From NCBI RefSeq assembly GCF_006345805.1, contig NW_021836173.1, forward strand, positions 4,162 to 68,161: DNA of 64,000 nt, written 5' to 3'. How positions within the stretch are numbered: the first letter of the stretch is position 1; each line of letters opens with the position of its first letter. Source of the DNA: Octopus sinensis. Taxonomy: Eukaryota. Below, one piece after another: positions 1 through 15,000 of this stretch. A program made the translations under genes and the position numbers. The notes beneath the pieces were generated by a model. The model saw only the letters and a list, made by a program, of their open reading frames with translations, searched no databases and had not been told where the DNA came from.

Positions 1-3000
1 CAAAGAGATTACTAAATTTTTTGTTGATTTTTAAGTACACATATGCAATATTTTGACATTTCCTAACCTAAAAACTTTTGAGAATTTAGTGATCAGTTGG
101 ATAAATATAAGCTTATTATCAATCATTTAACTTATATTTAGCTAAGAGATCACTAAATTTTTTGTTGTTTTTCAAGTACACATATGCAATATTTTGACAT
201 TTTCTAAATTGAAAACGTTTGCGAATTTAGTGATTTCTTTGATAAATATAAGCTTGTTATCAATCATTTAACTTATATTTAGCTAAGAGATTACTAAATT
301 TTTTGTTGATTTTTAAGTACACATATGCAATATTTTGACATTTTCTAACCTGAAAACTTTTGCGAATTTAGTGATATCTTTGATAAATATAAGCTTATTA
401 TCAATCAGATTACTTATATTTAGCTAAGAGATCACTAAATTTTTTGTTGTTTTTCAAGGACACATATGCAATATTTTGAAATTTTCTAACCTGAAAACTA
501 TTGCAATTTTAGTGATCTCTTGGATAAATATAAGCTTTTTATCAGTCAGTTACCTTATATTTAGCTGAGAGATCCCTAAATTTTTTGTTGTTTTTCAAGT
601 ACACATATGCAACATTTTGACATTTAATAACCTGAAAACTTTTCCCATTTTAGTGATCTCTTGGATAAATATAAGCTTTTTATCAATCAGTTAACTTATA
701 TTTAGCTCTAAATTTTTTGTTGTTTTTCAAGTACACATATGCAATATTTTGACATTTTCTAACCCGAAAACTTTTGCGAACTTAGTGATTTCTTTCATAA
801 ATATAAGCTTATTATCAATCATTTAACTTATATTTAGCTAAGAGATCACTAAATTTTTTGTTGTTTTTCAAGTACACATATGCAATATTTTGACATTTTC
901 TAAACTGAAAACTTTTGCGAATTTAATGATTTCTTTGAAAAATATAAGCTTATTATCAATCATTTAACATATATTTAGCTAAGAGATCACTAAATTTTTT
1001 GTTGTTTTTCAAGTACACATATGCAATATTTTGACATTTTCTAACCTGAAAACTTTTGCGAATTTCGTGATTTCCTTGATAAATATAAGCTTATTATCAA
1101 TCATTTAACTTATATTTAGTTAAGTGATCATATTTTGACATTTTCTAACCTGAAAACTTTTTTGAATTCAGTGATTTCTTTGATAAATATAAGCTTATTA
1201 TCAATCAGTTACATATATTTAGCTAAGAGATCACTAAATTTTTTGTTGTTTTTCAAGTACACATATGCAATATTTTGACAATTTCTAACCTGAAAACTTT
1301 TTTGAATTTAGTGATTCCTTTGATAAATATAAGCTTATTATCAATCAGATAACTTATATTTAGCTAAGAGAACACTAAATTTTTTGTTGTTTTTCAAGTA
1401 CACATATAAAATATTTTGACATTTTCTAAATTGAAAACTTTTGCGAATTTAGTGATTTCTTTAATAAATATAAGCTTATTATCAATCAGTTAACTTATAT
1501 GTAGCTAAGAGATCACTAAATTTTTTGTTGTTTTTCAAGTACACTTATGCAATATTTTGACATTTTCTAAATTGAAAACTTTTGCGAATTTAGTGATTTC
1601 TTTGATAAATATAAGCTTATTATCAATCAGATAACTTATATTTAGCTAAGAGATTACTAAATTTTTTGTTGTTTTTCAAGTACACATATGCAATATTTTG
1701 ACATTTTCTAACCTGAAAAATTTGCGAATTTAGTTATTTCTTTGATAAATATAAGCCTATTATCAATCATTTAACTTATATTTAGCAAAGAGATCACTAA
1801 ATTTTTTGTTGTTTTTCAAGTACACATATGCAATATTTTGACATTTTCTAAATTGAAAACGTTTTTGAATTTAGTAATTTCCTTGATAAATATAAGCTTA
1901 TTATCAATCAGATAACTTATATTTAGCTAAGAGATCACTAAATTTTTTGTCGTTTTGCAAGTACACGTATACAATATTTTGACATTTTCTAACCTGAAAA
2001 CTTTTGCGATGTTAGTGATTTCTTTGATTGATAAAAAGCTTATTATCAATCAGTTAACTTATATTTAGCTAGATCACTAAATTTTTTGTTGTTTTTCAAG
2101 TACACATATGCAATATTTTTACATTTTATAACCTGAAAACTTGTGCGATTTTAGTGATCTCTTGGATAACAATAAGCTTTTTATTAATCAGTTAACTTAT
2201 ATTTAGCTAAGAGATCACTAAATTTTTTGTTGTTTTTCAAGTACACATATGCAATATTTTGACATTTTCTAACCTGAAAACTTTTGCGAATCTAGTGATT
2301 TCTTTGATAAATATAAGCTTATTATCAATCAGATAACTTATATTTAGCTAAGAGATCACTAAATTTTTTATTGTTTTTCAAGTACACATATGCAATATTT
2401 TGACATTTGTAACCTGAAAACTTTTTCGAATTTAGTGATTTCTTTGATAAATATAAGCTATTATCAATCATTTAACTTATATTTAGCTAAGAGATCACTA
2501 AAGTTTTTGTTGTTTTTTTTCAAGTACACATATGCAATATTTTGACATTTTCTACCTTGAAACTTTTTGAATTTAGTGATTTCTTTGATAAATATAAGCT
2601 TATTATCAATCAGTTAACTTATATTTAGCTAAGAGATCACTAAATTTTTTGTTGTTTTTCAAGTACACATCTGCAATATTTTGACATTTTCTAACCTGAA
2701 AAGTTTTGCGAATTTTGTGATTTCTTTGATAAATATAAGCTTATTATCAATCAGATCACTTCTATTTAGCTAAGAGATCACTAAATTTTTTGTTGTTTTT
2801 CGAGTACACATCTGCAATATTTTGTCATTTTCTAACCTGAAAACTTTTGCGATTTTAGTGATCTCTTGGATAAATATAAGCTTTTAATCAATCAGTTAAC
2901 GTATATTTAGCTAAGAGATCACTAAATTTTTTGTTGTTTTTCAAGTACACATATGCAATATTTTGACATTTTCTAACCTGAAAACTTTTTTGAATTTAGT

Positions 3001-6000
3001 GATTCCTTTGATAAATATAAGCTTATTATCAATCATTTAACTTTTATTTAGCTAACAGATCTCTAAATCTTTTGTTGTTTTTCAACTACACATCTGCAAT
3101 ATTTTGTCATTTTCTAACCTGAAAACTTTTGCGAATTTCTTGATTTCTTTGATAAATATAAGCTTATTATCAATCAGTTAACTTATATTTAGCTAAGAGA
3201 TCACTAAAACTTTTGTTGTTTTTCAAGTACACATCTGCAATATTTTTACATTTTCCAACCTGAAAACTTTTTTGAATTTAGTGATTCCGTTTATAAATAT
3301 AAGCTTATTATCAATCATTTAACTTATATTTAGCTAAGAATCACTAAATTTTTTGTTGTTTTTCAAGTACACATATGCAATATTTTGACATTTTCTAAAT
3401 TGAAAACTTTTGCTAATTTAGTGATTTCTTTAATAAATATATGCTTATTATCAATCCGATAACTTATATTTAGCTAAGAGTTCACTAATTTTTTTGTCGT
3501 TTTTCAAGTACACACATGCAATATTTTGACATTCTCTAAATTGAAAACTTTTGCGAATTTAGTGATTTCTTTGATAAATATAAGGTTATTATCAATCAGA
3601 CAACTTATATTTAGCTAAGAGATCACTAAATTTTTTGTGGTTTTTCAAGTACACATATGCAATATTTTTGACATTTTCTAAATTGAGAACTTTTGCGAAT
3701 TTAGTGATTTCTTTGATAAATATAGGCTTATTATCAATCAGATAACTTATATTTAGCTAAGTGATCACTAAATTTTTTGTTGTTTTTCAAGGACATATGC
3801 AATATTTTGACATTTTCTAAATTGAAAACTTTTGCGAATTTAGTGATTTCTTTAATAAATATAAGCTTATTATCAATCAGATAACTTATATTTAGCTAAG
3901 AGATCACTAAATTTTTTGTTGTTTTTCAAGTACACATATGCAATATTTTGACATTTTCTAAATTGAAAACTTTTGGGAATTTAGTGATTTCTTTGATAAA
4001 TATAAGCTTATTATCAATCAGATAACTTATATTTAGCTAAGAGATCACTAAATTTTTTGTTGTTTTTCAAGTACACATAGGCAATACTTTGAAATTTTCT
4101 AAATTGAAAACGTTTGCGAATTTAGTGATTTCTTTGATAAATATAAGCTTATTATGAATCAGTTAACTTATATTTAGCTAAGAGATCACTATATTTCTGC
4201 TTGTTTTTCAAGTACTCAAATGCGATATTTTTACATTTTATAACCTGAAAACTTTTGAGATTTTAGTGATCTCTTGGATAAATATAAGCTTATTATCAAT
4301 CATTTAACTTATATTTAGCAAAGAGATCACTAAATTTTTTGTTGTTTTTCAAGTACATATATGCAACAATTTCACATTTTCTAACCTGAAAACTTTTGCG
4401 AATTTAATGATTTCTTTGATAAATATGAGCTTATTATCAATCATTTAACTTATATTTAGCTAAGAGATCACTAAATTTTTTGTTGTTTTTCAAGTACACG
4501 TATGGAATATTTTGACATTTTGTAACCTGAAAACTTTTGCAATATTAGTGATCTCTTGGATAAATATAAGCTTTTTATCAATCAGTTAACTTATATTGAG
4601 CTAAGAGATCACTAAATTTTTTGTTGTTTTTCAAGTACACGTATGCAATATTTTGACATTTTCTAAATTGTAAACGTTTGCGAATTTAGTGATTTCTTGG
4701 ATAAATATAAGTTTATTATCAATCAGTTAACTTATATTTAGCTAAGAGATCACTAAATTTTTTGTTATTTTTCAAGTACACATCTGCAATATTTTGACAT
4801 TTTCTAACCTGAAAACTTTTGCAAATTTAGTGATTTCTTTGATAAATATAAGCTTATTATCAATCAGTTAACTAATATTTAGCTAAGAGATCAATAAATT
4901 TTTGTTGTTTTTCAAGTACACATCTGAAATAATTTGACATTTTCTAACCTGAAAAGTTGTGCGAATTTAGTGCTTTCTTTGATAAATATAAGCTTATTAT
5001 CAATCAGTTAACTTATATTTAGCTAAGAGATCACTAAATTTTTTGTTGTTTTTCAAGTACAAATATGCAATATTTTGACATTTTCTAACCTGAAAACTTT
5101 TTTGAATTTAGTGATTCCTTTGATAAATATAAGCTTATTATCAATCATTTAACTTATATTTAGCTAAGAGATCACTAAATTTTTTGTTGTTTTTCAAGTA
5201 CACGTATGCAATATTTTGACATTTTCTAACCTGAAAACTTTTGCGATGTTAGTGATTTCTTTCATTGATAAAAAGCTTATTATCACTCAGATAACTTATA
5301 TTTAGCTAAGATATCACTAAATTTTTTGTTGTTTTTCAAGTACACATATGCAATAATTTGAGATTTTGTAACCTGAAAACTTTTGCGATATTAGTGATCT
5401 CTTGGATAAATATAAGCTTTTTATCAATCAGTTAACATATATTGAGCAAAGAGATCACTAAATTTTTTGTTGTTTTTCAAGTACACATATGCAATATTTT
5501 GACATTTTCTAAATTGTAAACGTTGGCGAATTTAGTGATTTCTTGGATAAATATAAGCTTATTATCAATCAGTTAACTTATATTTAGCTAAGAGATCACT
5601 AAATTTTTTGTTATTTTTCAAGTACACATCTGCAATATTTTGACATTTTCTAACCTGAAAACTTTTGCGAATTTAGTGATTTCTTTGATAAATATAAGCT
5701 TATTATCAATCAGTTAACTTATATTTAGCTAAGAGATCACTAAATTTTTTGTTGTTTTTGAAGTACACATCTGCAATATTTTGACATTTTCTAACCTGAA
5801 AACTTTTTGGAATTTAGTGATTCCTTTGATAAATATAAGCTTATTATCAATCATTTAACTTATATTTAGCTAAGAGATCACTAAATTTTTTGTTGTTTTT
5901 CAAGTACACATATGCAATATTTTGACATTTTCTAAATTGAAAACTTTAGCGAATTTAGTGATTTCTTTAATAAATATAAGCTTTTTATCAATCAGATAAC

Positions 6001-9000
6001 TTATATTTAGCTAAGAGATCACTAAATTTTTTGTTGTTTTTCAAGTACCACATATGCAAATATTTGACTTTTCTAAATTGAAAACGTTTGCGAATTTAGT
6101 GATTTCTTTGATAAATATAAGCTTATTATCAATAAGTTAACTTATATTTAGCTAAGAGATCACTAAATTTTGTTTGTTGTTTTTCAAGTACACACATATG
6201 CAATATTTTGACATTTTCTAACCTGAAAACTTTGTGCGAATTTAGTGATTTCTTTGATAAATATAAGCTTATTATCATCAGATAACTTATATTTAGCTAA
6301 GAGATCACTAAATTTTTTGTTGTTTTTCAAGTACACATATGCAATATTATGACATTTTCTAAATTGAAAACTTTTGCGAATTTAGTGATTTCTTTGATAA
6401 ATATAAGCTTATTATCAATCATTTAACTTATATCTAGCTAAGAGATCACTAAATTTTTGTTGTTTTTCAAGTACACATATGCAATATTTTGACATTTTCT
6501 AAATTGAAAACGTTTGCGAATTTAGTGATTTCTTTGATAAATATAAGCTTATTATGAATCAGTTAACTTATATTTAGCTAAGAGATCACTATAGTTCTGG
6601 TTGTTTTTCAAGTACACAAATGCAATATTTTGACATTTCTAAATTGAAAACGTTGCGAATTTAGTGATTTCTTTGATAAATATAAGCTTATTATGAATCA
6701 GTTAACTTATATTTAGCTAAGAGATCACTATATTTCTGGTTGTTTTTCAAGTACACAAATGCAATATTTTCACATTTTCTAACCTGAAAACTTTTGAGAT
6801 TTTAGTGATCTCTAGGATAAATATAAGCTTATTATGAATCAGTTAACTTATATTTAGCTAAGAGATCACTAAATTTTTTGTCGTTTTTCAAGTACACGTA
6901 TGCAATATTTTGACATTTTCTAAATTGAAAACTTTTGGGAATTTAGTGATTTCTTTGATAAATATAAGCTTATTATCAATCAGATAACTTATATTTAGCT
7001 AAGAGATCACTAAATTTTTTGTTGTTTTTCAAGTACACATATGCAATATTTTGAGATTTTCTAAATTGAAAACTTTTGCGAATTTAGTTATTTCTTTGAT
7101 AAATATAAGCTTATTATCAATCATTTAACTTATATCTAGCTAAGAGATCACTAAATTTTTTGTTGTTTTTCAAGTACACATATGCAATATTTTGAAATTT
7201 TCTAAATTGAAAACGTTTGCGAATTTAGTGATTTCTTTGATAAATATAAGCTTATTATGAATCAGTTAACTTATATTTAGCTAAGAGATCACTAAATTTT
7301 TTGTTATTTTTCAAGTACAGATCTGCAATATTCTGACATTTTCTAACCAGAAAAATTTTGCGAATTTAGTGATTTCTTTGATAAATATAAGCTTATTATC
7401 AATCAGTTAACTTATATTTAGCTAAGAGATCAATTAATCTTTTGTTGTTTTTCAAGTACACATCTGAAATAATTTGACATTTTCTAACCTGAAAAGTTAT
7501 GCGAATTTAGTGCTTTCTTTGATAAATATAAGCTAACTTATATTTAGCTCAGTTAACTTATATTTAGCTCAGAGATCACTAAATCTTTTGTTGTTTTTCA
7601 AGTACACATATGCAATATTTTGATATTTTCTAACCTGAAAACTTTTTTGAATTTAGTGATTCCTTTGATAAATATAAGCTTATTATCAATCATTTAACTT
7701 ATATTTAGCTAAGAGATCTCTAAATTTGTTGTTGTTTTTCAAGTACACATCTGCGATAATTTGTTATTTTCTAACCTGAAAACCTTTGCGAATTTCTTGA
7801 TTTCTTTGATAAATATAAGCTTATTATCAATCATTTAACTTAGATTTAGCTTAGAGATCACTAAATTTTTTGTTGTTTTTCGAGTACACATATGCAATAT
7901 TTTGACATTTTCTAAATTGAAAACTTTAGCGAATTTAGTGAATTCTTTAATAAATATAAGCTTTTTATCAATCAGATAACTTATATTTAGCTAAGAGATC
8001 ACTAAATTTTTTGTTGTTTTTCAAGTACACATATGCAATATTTTGACATTTTCTAAATTGAAAACGTTTGCGAATTTAGTGATTTCTTTGATAAATATAA
8101 GCTTATTATCAATAAGTTAACTTATATTTAGCTAAGAGATCACTAATTTTTTGTTGTTTTCAAGTACACATATGCAATATTTTGACATTTTCTAACCTGA
8201 AAACTTTTGCGAATTTAGTGATTTCTTTGATAAAATATAAGCTTATTATCAATCAGATAATATATTTAGCTAAGAGATCACTAAATTTTTGTTGTTTTTC
8301 AAGTACACTTATGCAATATTATGACATTTCCTAATTTGAAAACTTTTGCGAATTTAGTGATTTCTTTGATAAATATAAGCTTATTATCAATCAGTTAACT
8401 TATATTTAGCTAAGAGATCACTATATTTCTGGTTGTTTTTCAAGTACACAAATGCAATATTTTCACATTTTCTAACCTGAAAACTTTTGAGATTTTAGTG
8501 ATATCTAGGATAAATATAAGCTTATTATGAATCAGTTAACTTATATTTAGCTAATTGATCACTAAATTTTTTGTCGTTTCTCAAGTACACGTATGCAATA
8601 TTTTGACATTTTCTAACCTGAAAACTTTTGCGATGTTAGTGATTTCTTTGATTGAGAAAAAGCTTATTATCAATCAGTTAACTTATATTTAGCTAGATCA
8701 TTAAATTTTTTGTTGATTTTCAAGTACACATATGCTATATTTTGACATTTTATAATCTGAAAACTTGTGCGATTTTAGTGATCTCTTGGATTAATATAAG
8801 CTTTTTATTAATCAGTTAACTTATATTTAGCTAAGAGATCACTAAATTGTTTGTTGTTTTCAAGTATACATATGCAATATTTTGACATTTTGTAACCTGA
8901 AAACTTTTGCGATTTTAGTGATCTCTTGGATTAATATAAGCTTATTATCAATCAGTTAACTTATATTTAGCTAAGAGATCACTAAATTTTTTGTTATTTT

Positions 9001-12000
9001 TCAAGTACACATCTGCAATATTTTGACATTTTCTAACCTGAAAAATTTTGCGAATTTAGTGATTTCTTTGATAAATATAAGCTTATTATCAATCAGTTAA
9101 CTTACATTTAGCTAAGAGATCAATAAATCTTTTGTTGTTTTTCAAGTACACATCTGAAATAATTTGACATTTTCTAACCTGAAAAGTTATGCGAATTTAG
9201 TGCATTCTTTGATAAATATAAGCTTATTATCAATCAGTTAACTTATATTTAGCTCAGAGATCACTAAATTTTTTGTTGTTTTTCAAGTACACATATGCAA
9301 TATTTTGATATTTTCTAACCTGAAAACTTTTTTGAATTTAGTGATTCCTTTGATAAATATAAGCTTATTATCAATCATTTAACTTATATTTAGCTAAGAG
9401 ATCTCTAAATTTGTTGTTGTTTTTCAAGTACACATCTGCGATAATTTGTTATTTTCTAACCTGAAAACCTTTGCGAATTTCTTGATTTCTTTGATAAATA
9501 TAAGCTTATTATCAATCATTTAACTTATATTTAGCTAGAGATCACTAAATTTTTGTTGTTTTTCGAGTACACATATGCAATATTTTGACATTTTCTAAAT
9601 TGAAAACTTTAGCGAATTTAGTGAATTCTTTAATAAATATAAGCTTTTTATCAATCAGATAACTTATATTTAGCTAAGAGATCACTAAATTTTTTGTTGT
9701 TTTTCAAGTACACATATGCAATATTTTGACATTTTCTAAATTGAAAACGTTTGCGAATTTAGTGATTTCTTTGATAAATATAAGCTTATTATCAATAAGT
9801 TAACTTATATTTAGCTGAGAGATCACTAAATTTTTTGTTGTTTTTCAAGTACACATATGCAATATTTTGACATTTTCTAACCTGAAAACTTTTGCGAATT
9901 TAGTGATTTCTTTGATAAATATAAGCTTATTATCAATCAGATAACATATATTTAGCTAAGAGATCACTAAATTTTTTGTTGTTTTTCAAGTACACTTATG
10001 CAATATTATGACATTTCCTAATTTGAAAACTTTTGCGAATTTAGTGATTTCTTTGATAAATATAAGCTTATTATCAATCAGTTAACTTATATTTAGCTAA
10101 GAGATCACTATATTTCTGGTTGTTTTTCAAGTACACAAATGCAATATTTTCACATTTTCTAACCTGAAAACTTTTGAGATTTTAGTGATCTCTAGGATAA
10201 ATATAAGCTTATTATGAATCAGTTAACTTATATTTAGCTAATTGATCACTAAATTTTTTGTCGTTTCTCAAGTACACGTATGCAATATTTTGACATTTTC
10301 TAACCTGAAAACTTTTGCGATGTTAGTGATTTCTTTGATTGAGAAAAAGCTTATTATCAATCAGTTAACTTATATTTAGCTAGATCATTAAATTTTTTGT
10401 TGTTTTTCAAGTACACATATGCTATATTTTGACATTTTATAATCTGAAAACTTGTGCGATTTTAGTGATCTCTTGGATTAATATAAGCTTTTTATTAATC
10501 AGTTAACTTATATTTAGCTAAGAGATCACTAAATTGTTTGTTGTTTTTCAAGTATACATATGCAATATTTTGACATTTTGTAACCTGAAAACTTTTGCGA
10601 TTTTAGTGATCTCTTGGATTAATATAAGCTTATTATCAATCAGTTAACTTATATTTAGCTAAGAGATCACTAAATTCTTTGTTATTTTCAAGTACACATC
10701 TGCAATATTTTGACATTTTCTAACCTGAAAAATTTTGCGAATTTAGTGATTTCTTTGATAAATATAAGCTTATTATCAATCAGTTAACTTATATTTAGCT
10801 AAGAGATCAAAATCTTTTGTTGTTTTTCAAGTACACATTGAAATAATTGACATTTTCTAACCTGAAAAGTTATGCGAATTTAGTGCATTCTTTGATAAAT
10901 ATAAGCTTATTATCAATCAGTTAACTTATATTTAGCTCAGAGATCACTAAATTTTTTGTTGTTTTTCAAGTACACATATGCAATATTTTGATATTTTCTA
11001 ACCTGAAAACTTTTTTGAATTTAGTGTTTCCTTTGATAAATATAAGCTTATTATCAATCATTTAACTTATATTTAGCTAAGAGATCTCTTAATTTGTTGT
11101 TGTTTTTCAAGTACACATCTGCAATAATTTGTTATTTTCTAACCTGAAAACTTTTGCGAATTTCTTGATTTCTTTGATAAATATAAGCTTATTATCAATC
11201 ATTTAACTTATATTTAGCTAAGAGATCACTAAATTTTTTGTTGTTTTTCGAGTACACATATGCAATATTTTGACATTTTCTAAATTGAAAACTTTAGCGA
11301 ATTTAGTGATTTCTTTAATAAATATAAGCTTTTTATCAATCAGATAACTTATATTTAGCTAAGAGATCACTAAATTTTTTGTTGTTTTTCAAGTACACAT
11401 ATGCAATATTTTGACATTTTCTAAATTGAAAACGTTTGCGAATTTAGTGATTTCTTTGATAAATATAAGCTTATTATCAATAAGTTCACTTATATTTAGC
11501 TAAGAGATCACTAAATTTTTTGTTGTTTTTCAAGTACACATATGCAATATTTTGACATTTTCTAACCTGAAAAATTTTGCGAATTTAGTGATTTCTTTGA
11601 TAAATATAAGCTTATTATCAATCAGATAACTTATATTTAGCTAAGAGATCACTAAATTTTTTGTTGTTTTTCAAGTACACATATGCAATATTATGACATT
11701 TTCTAAATTGAAAACTTTTGCGAATTTATTGATTTCTTTGATAAATATAAGCTTATTATCAATCAGATAACTTATATTTAGCTAAGAGATCACTAAAATT
11801 TTGTTGTTTTTCAAGTACACATATGCAATAATTTGACATTTTCTAAATTGAAAACTTTTGCGAATTTAGTTATTTCTTTGATAAATATAAGCTTATTATC
11901 AATCATTTAACTTATATCTAGCTAAGAGATCACTAAATTTTTGTTGTTTTTCAAGTACACATATGCAATATTTTGACATTTTCTAAATTGAAAACGTTTG

Positions 12001-15000
12001 CGAATTTAGTGATTTCTTTGATAAATATAAGCTTATTATGAATCAGTTAACTTATATTTAGCTAAGAGATCACTATATTTCTGGTTGTTTTTCAAGTACA
12101 CAAATGCAATATTTTCACATTTTCTAACCTGAAAACTTTTGAGATTTTAGTGATCTCTAGGATAAATATAAGCTTATTATGAATCAGTTAACTTATATTT
12201 AGCTAAGAGATCACTAAATTTTTTGTCGTTTTTCAAGTACACGTATGCAATATTTTGACATTTTCTAACCTGAAAACTTTTGCGATGTTAGTGATTTCTT
12301 TGATTGAGAAAAAGCTTATTATCAATCAGTTAACTTATATTTAGCTAGATCACTAAATTGTTTGTTGTTTTTCAAGTACACATATGCAATATTTTGACAT
12401 TTTGTAACCTGAAAACTTTGCGAATTTAGTGATCTCTTGGATAATATAAGCTTTTATTAAATCAGTTAACTTATATTTAGCTAAGAGATCACTAAATTGT
12501 TTGTTGTTTTTCAAGTACACATATGCAATATTTTGACATTTTCTAACCTGAAAACTTTTGCGATTTTTGTGATCTCTTGGATAAATATAAGCTTTTTATC
12601 AATCATTTAACTTATATTTAGCTAAGAGATCACTAAATATTTTGTTGTTTTTCAAGTACACATATGCAATATTTTGACATTTTCTAACCTGGAAACTTTT
12701 GCGAATTTAGTGATTTCTTTGATAAATATAAGCTTATTATCAATCATTTAACTTATATTTAGCTAAGAGTTCACTAAATTTTTTGTTGTTTTTCAAGTAC
12801 ACACATGCAATATTTTGACATTTTCTAACCTGAAAACTTTTGCGAATTTAGTGATTTCTTTGATAAATATAAACTTATTATCAATCAGTTAACTTATATT
12901 TAGCTAAGAGATCACTAAATCTTTTGTTGTTTTTCAAGTACACATATGCAATATTTTGACATTTTCTGAATTGAAAACGTTTGCGAATTTAGTGATTTCT
13001 TTGATAAATATAAGCTTATTATCAATCAGTTAACTTATATTTAGCTAAGAGATCACTAATTTTTTGTTGTTTTTCAAGTACACATATGCAATATTTTGAC
13101 ATTTTCTAACCTGAAAACTTTTGCGAATTTAGTGATTTCTTTGATAAATATAAGCTTATTATCAATCATTTAACTTATATTTAGCTAAGAGATCACTAAA
13201 TTTTTTGTTGTTTTTCAAGTACACATATGCAATATTTTGACATTTTCTAACCTGAAAACTTTTGAGAATTTAGTGATCTCTTGGATAAATAAAAGCTTTT
13301 ATCAATCATTTAACTTATATTTAGCTAAGAGATCACTAAATTTTTTGGTGTTTTTCAAGTACACATATGCAATATTTTGACATTTTAACCTGAAAACTTT
13401 TGCGATTTAGTGATCTCTTGATAAGCTTTTTATCAATCAGATTAACTTATATTTAGCTAAGAGATCACTAAATTTTTTTGTTGTTTTTCAAGTACACATA
13501 TGCAATATTTTGACATCTTCTAACCTGAAAACTTTTGAGAATTTAGTGATCTGTTCGATAAATATAAGCTTATTATCAATCATTTAACTTATATTTAGCT
13601 AAGAGATCATAAATTTTTTGTTGTTTTTCAAGTACACATATGCAATATTTTGACATTTCCTAACTGAAAACTTTTGCGAATTAGTGATTTCTTTGATAAA
13701 TATAAGCTTATTATCAATCATTTAACTTATATTTAGCTAAGAGATCACTAAATTTTTGTTGTTTTTCAAGTACACATATGCAATATTTTGACATTTTCTA
13801 ACCTGAAAACTTTTGCGATTTAGTGATTCTTTGATAATATAAGCTTATTATCAATCATTTAACTTATATTTAGCTAAGAGATCACAAAATTTTTTTGTTT
13901 TTCAAGTACACATATGCAATATTTTCACATTTTCTAAATTGAAACCGTTTGCGAATTTAGTGATTTCTTTGATAAATATAAGCTTATTATCAATCATTTA
14001 ACTTATATTTAGCTAAGAGATCACTAAATTTTTTGTTGTTTTTCAAGTACACATATGCAATATTTTGACATTTTCTAACCTGAAAACTTTTGCGAATTTA
14101 GTGATTCCTTTGATAAATATAAGCTTATTATCAATCATTTAACTTATATTTAGCTAAGAGATCACTAAATTTTTTGTTGTTTTTCAAGTACACATATGCA
14201 ATATTTTGACATTTTCTAACCTGAAAACTTTTACGAATTTAGTGATTTTTTGATAAATATGAGCTTATTATCAATCATTTAACTTATATTAAGCTAAGAG
14301 ATCACTAAATTTTTTGTTGTTTTTCAAGTACACATATGCAATATTTTGACATTTTCTAACCTGAAAACTTTTGCGAATTTAGTGATTTCTTTGATAAATA
14401 TAAGCTTATTATCAATCATTTAACTTATATTTAGCTAAGAGATCACTAAAATTTTGTTGTTTTTCAAGTACACATATGCAATATTTTGACATTTTCTAAC
14501 CTGAAAACTTTTGCGAATTTAGTGATTTCTTTGATAAATATAAGCTTATTATCAATCATTTAACTTATATTTAGCTAAGAGATCACTAAATTTTTGTTGT
14601 TTTTCAAGTACACATATGCAATATTTTGACATTTTCTAACCTGAAAACTTTTGCAGATTTAGTGATTCTTTGATAAATATAAGCTTATTATCAATCAGTT
14701 AACTTATATTAGCTAAGAGATCACTAAATTTTTTGTTGTTTTTCAAGTACACGATGCAATATTTTGACATTTTCTAACCTGAAAACTTTTGCGATTTAGT
14801 GATTTCTTTGATAAAAAAGCTTATTATCAATCAGTTAACTTATATTGAGCTAGATCACTAAATTTTTTGTTGTTTTTCAAGTACACATATGCAATATTTT
14901 GACATTTTCTAACCTGAAAACTTTTGCGAATTTAGTGATTTCTTTGATAAATATAAGCTTATTATCAATCAGTTAACTTATATTTAGCTAAGAGATCACT

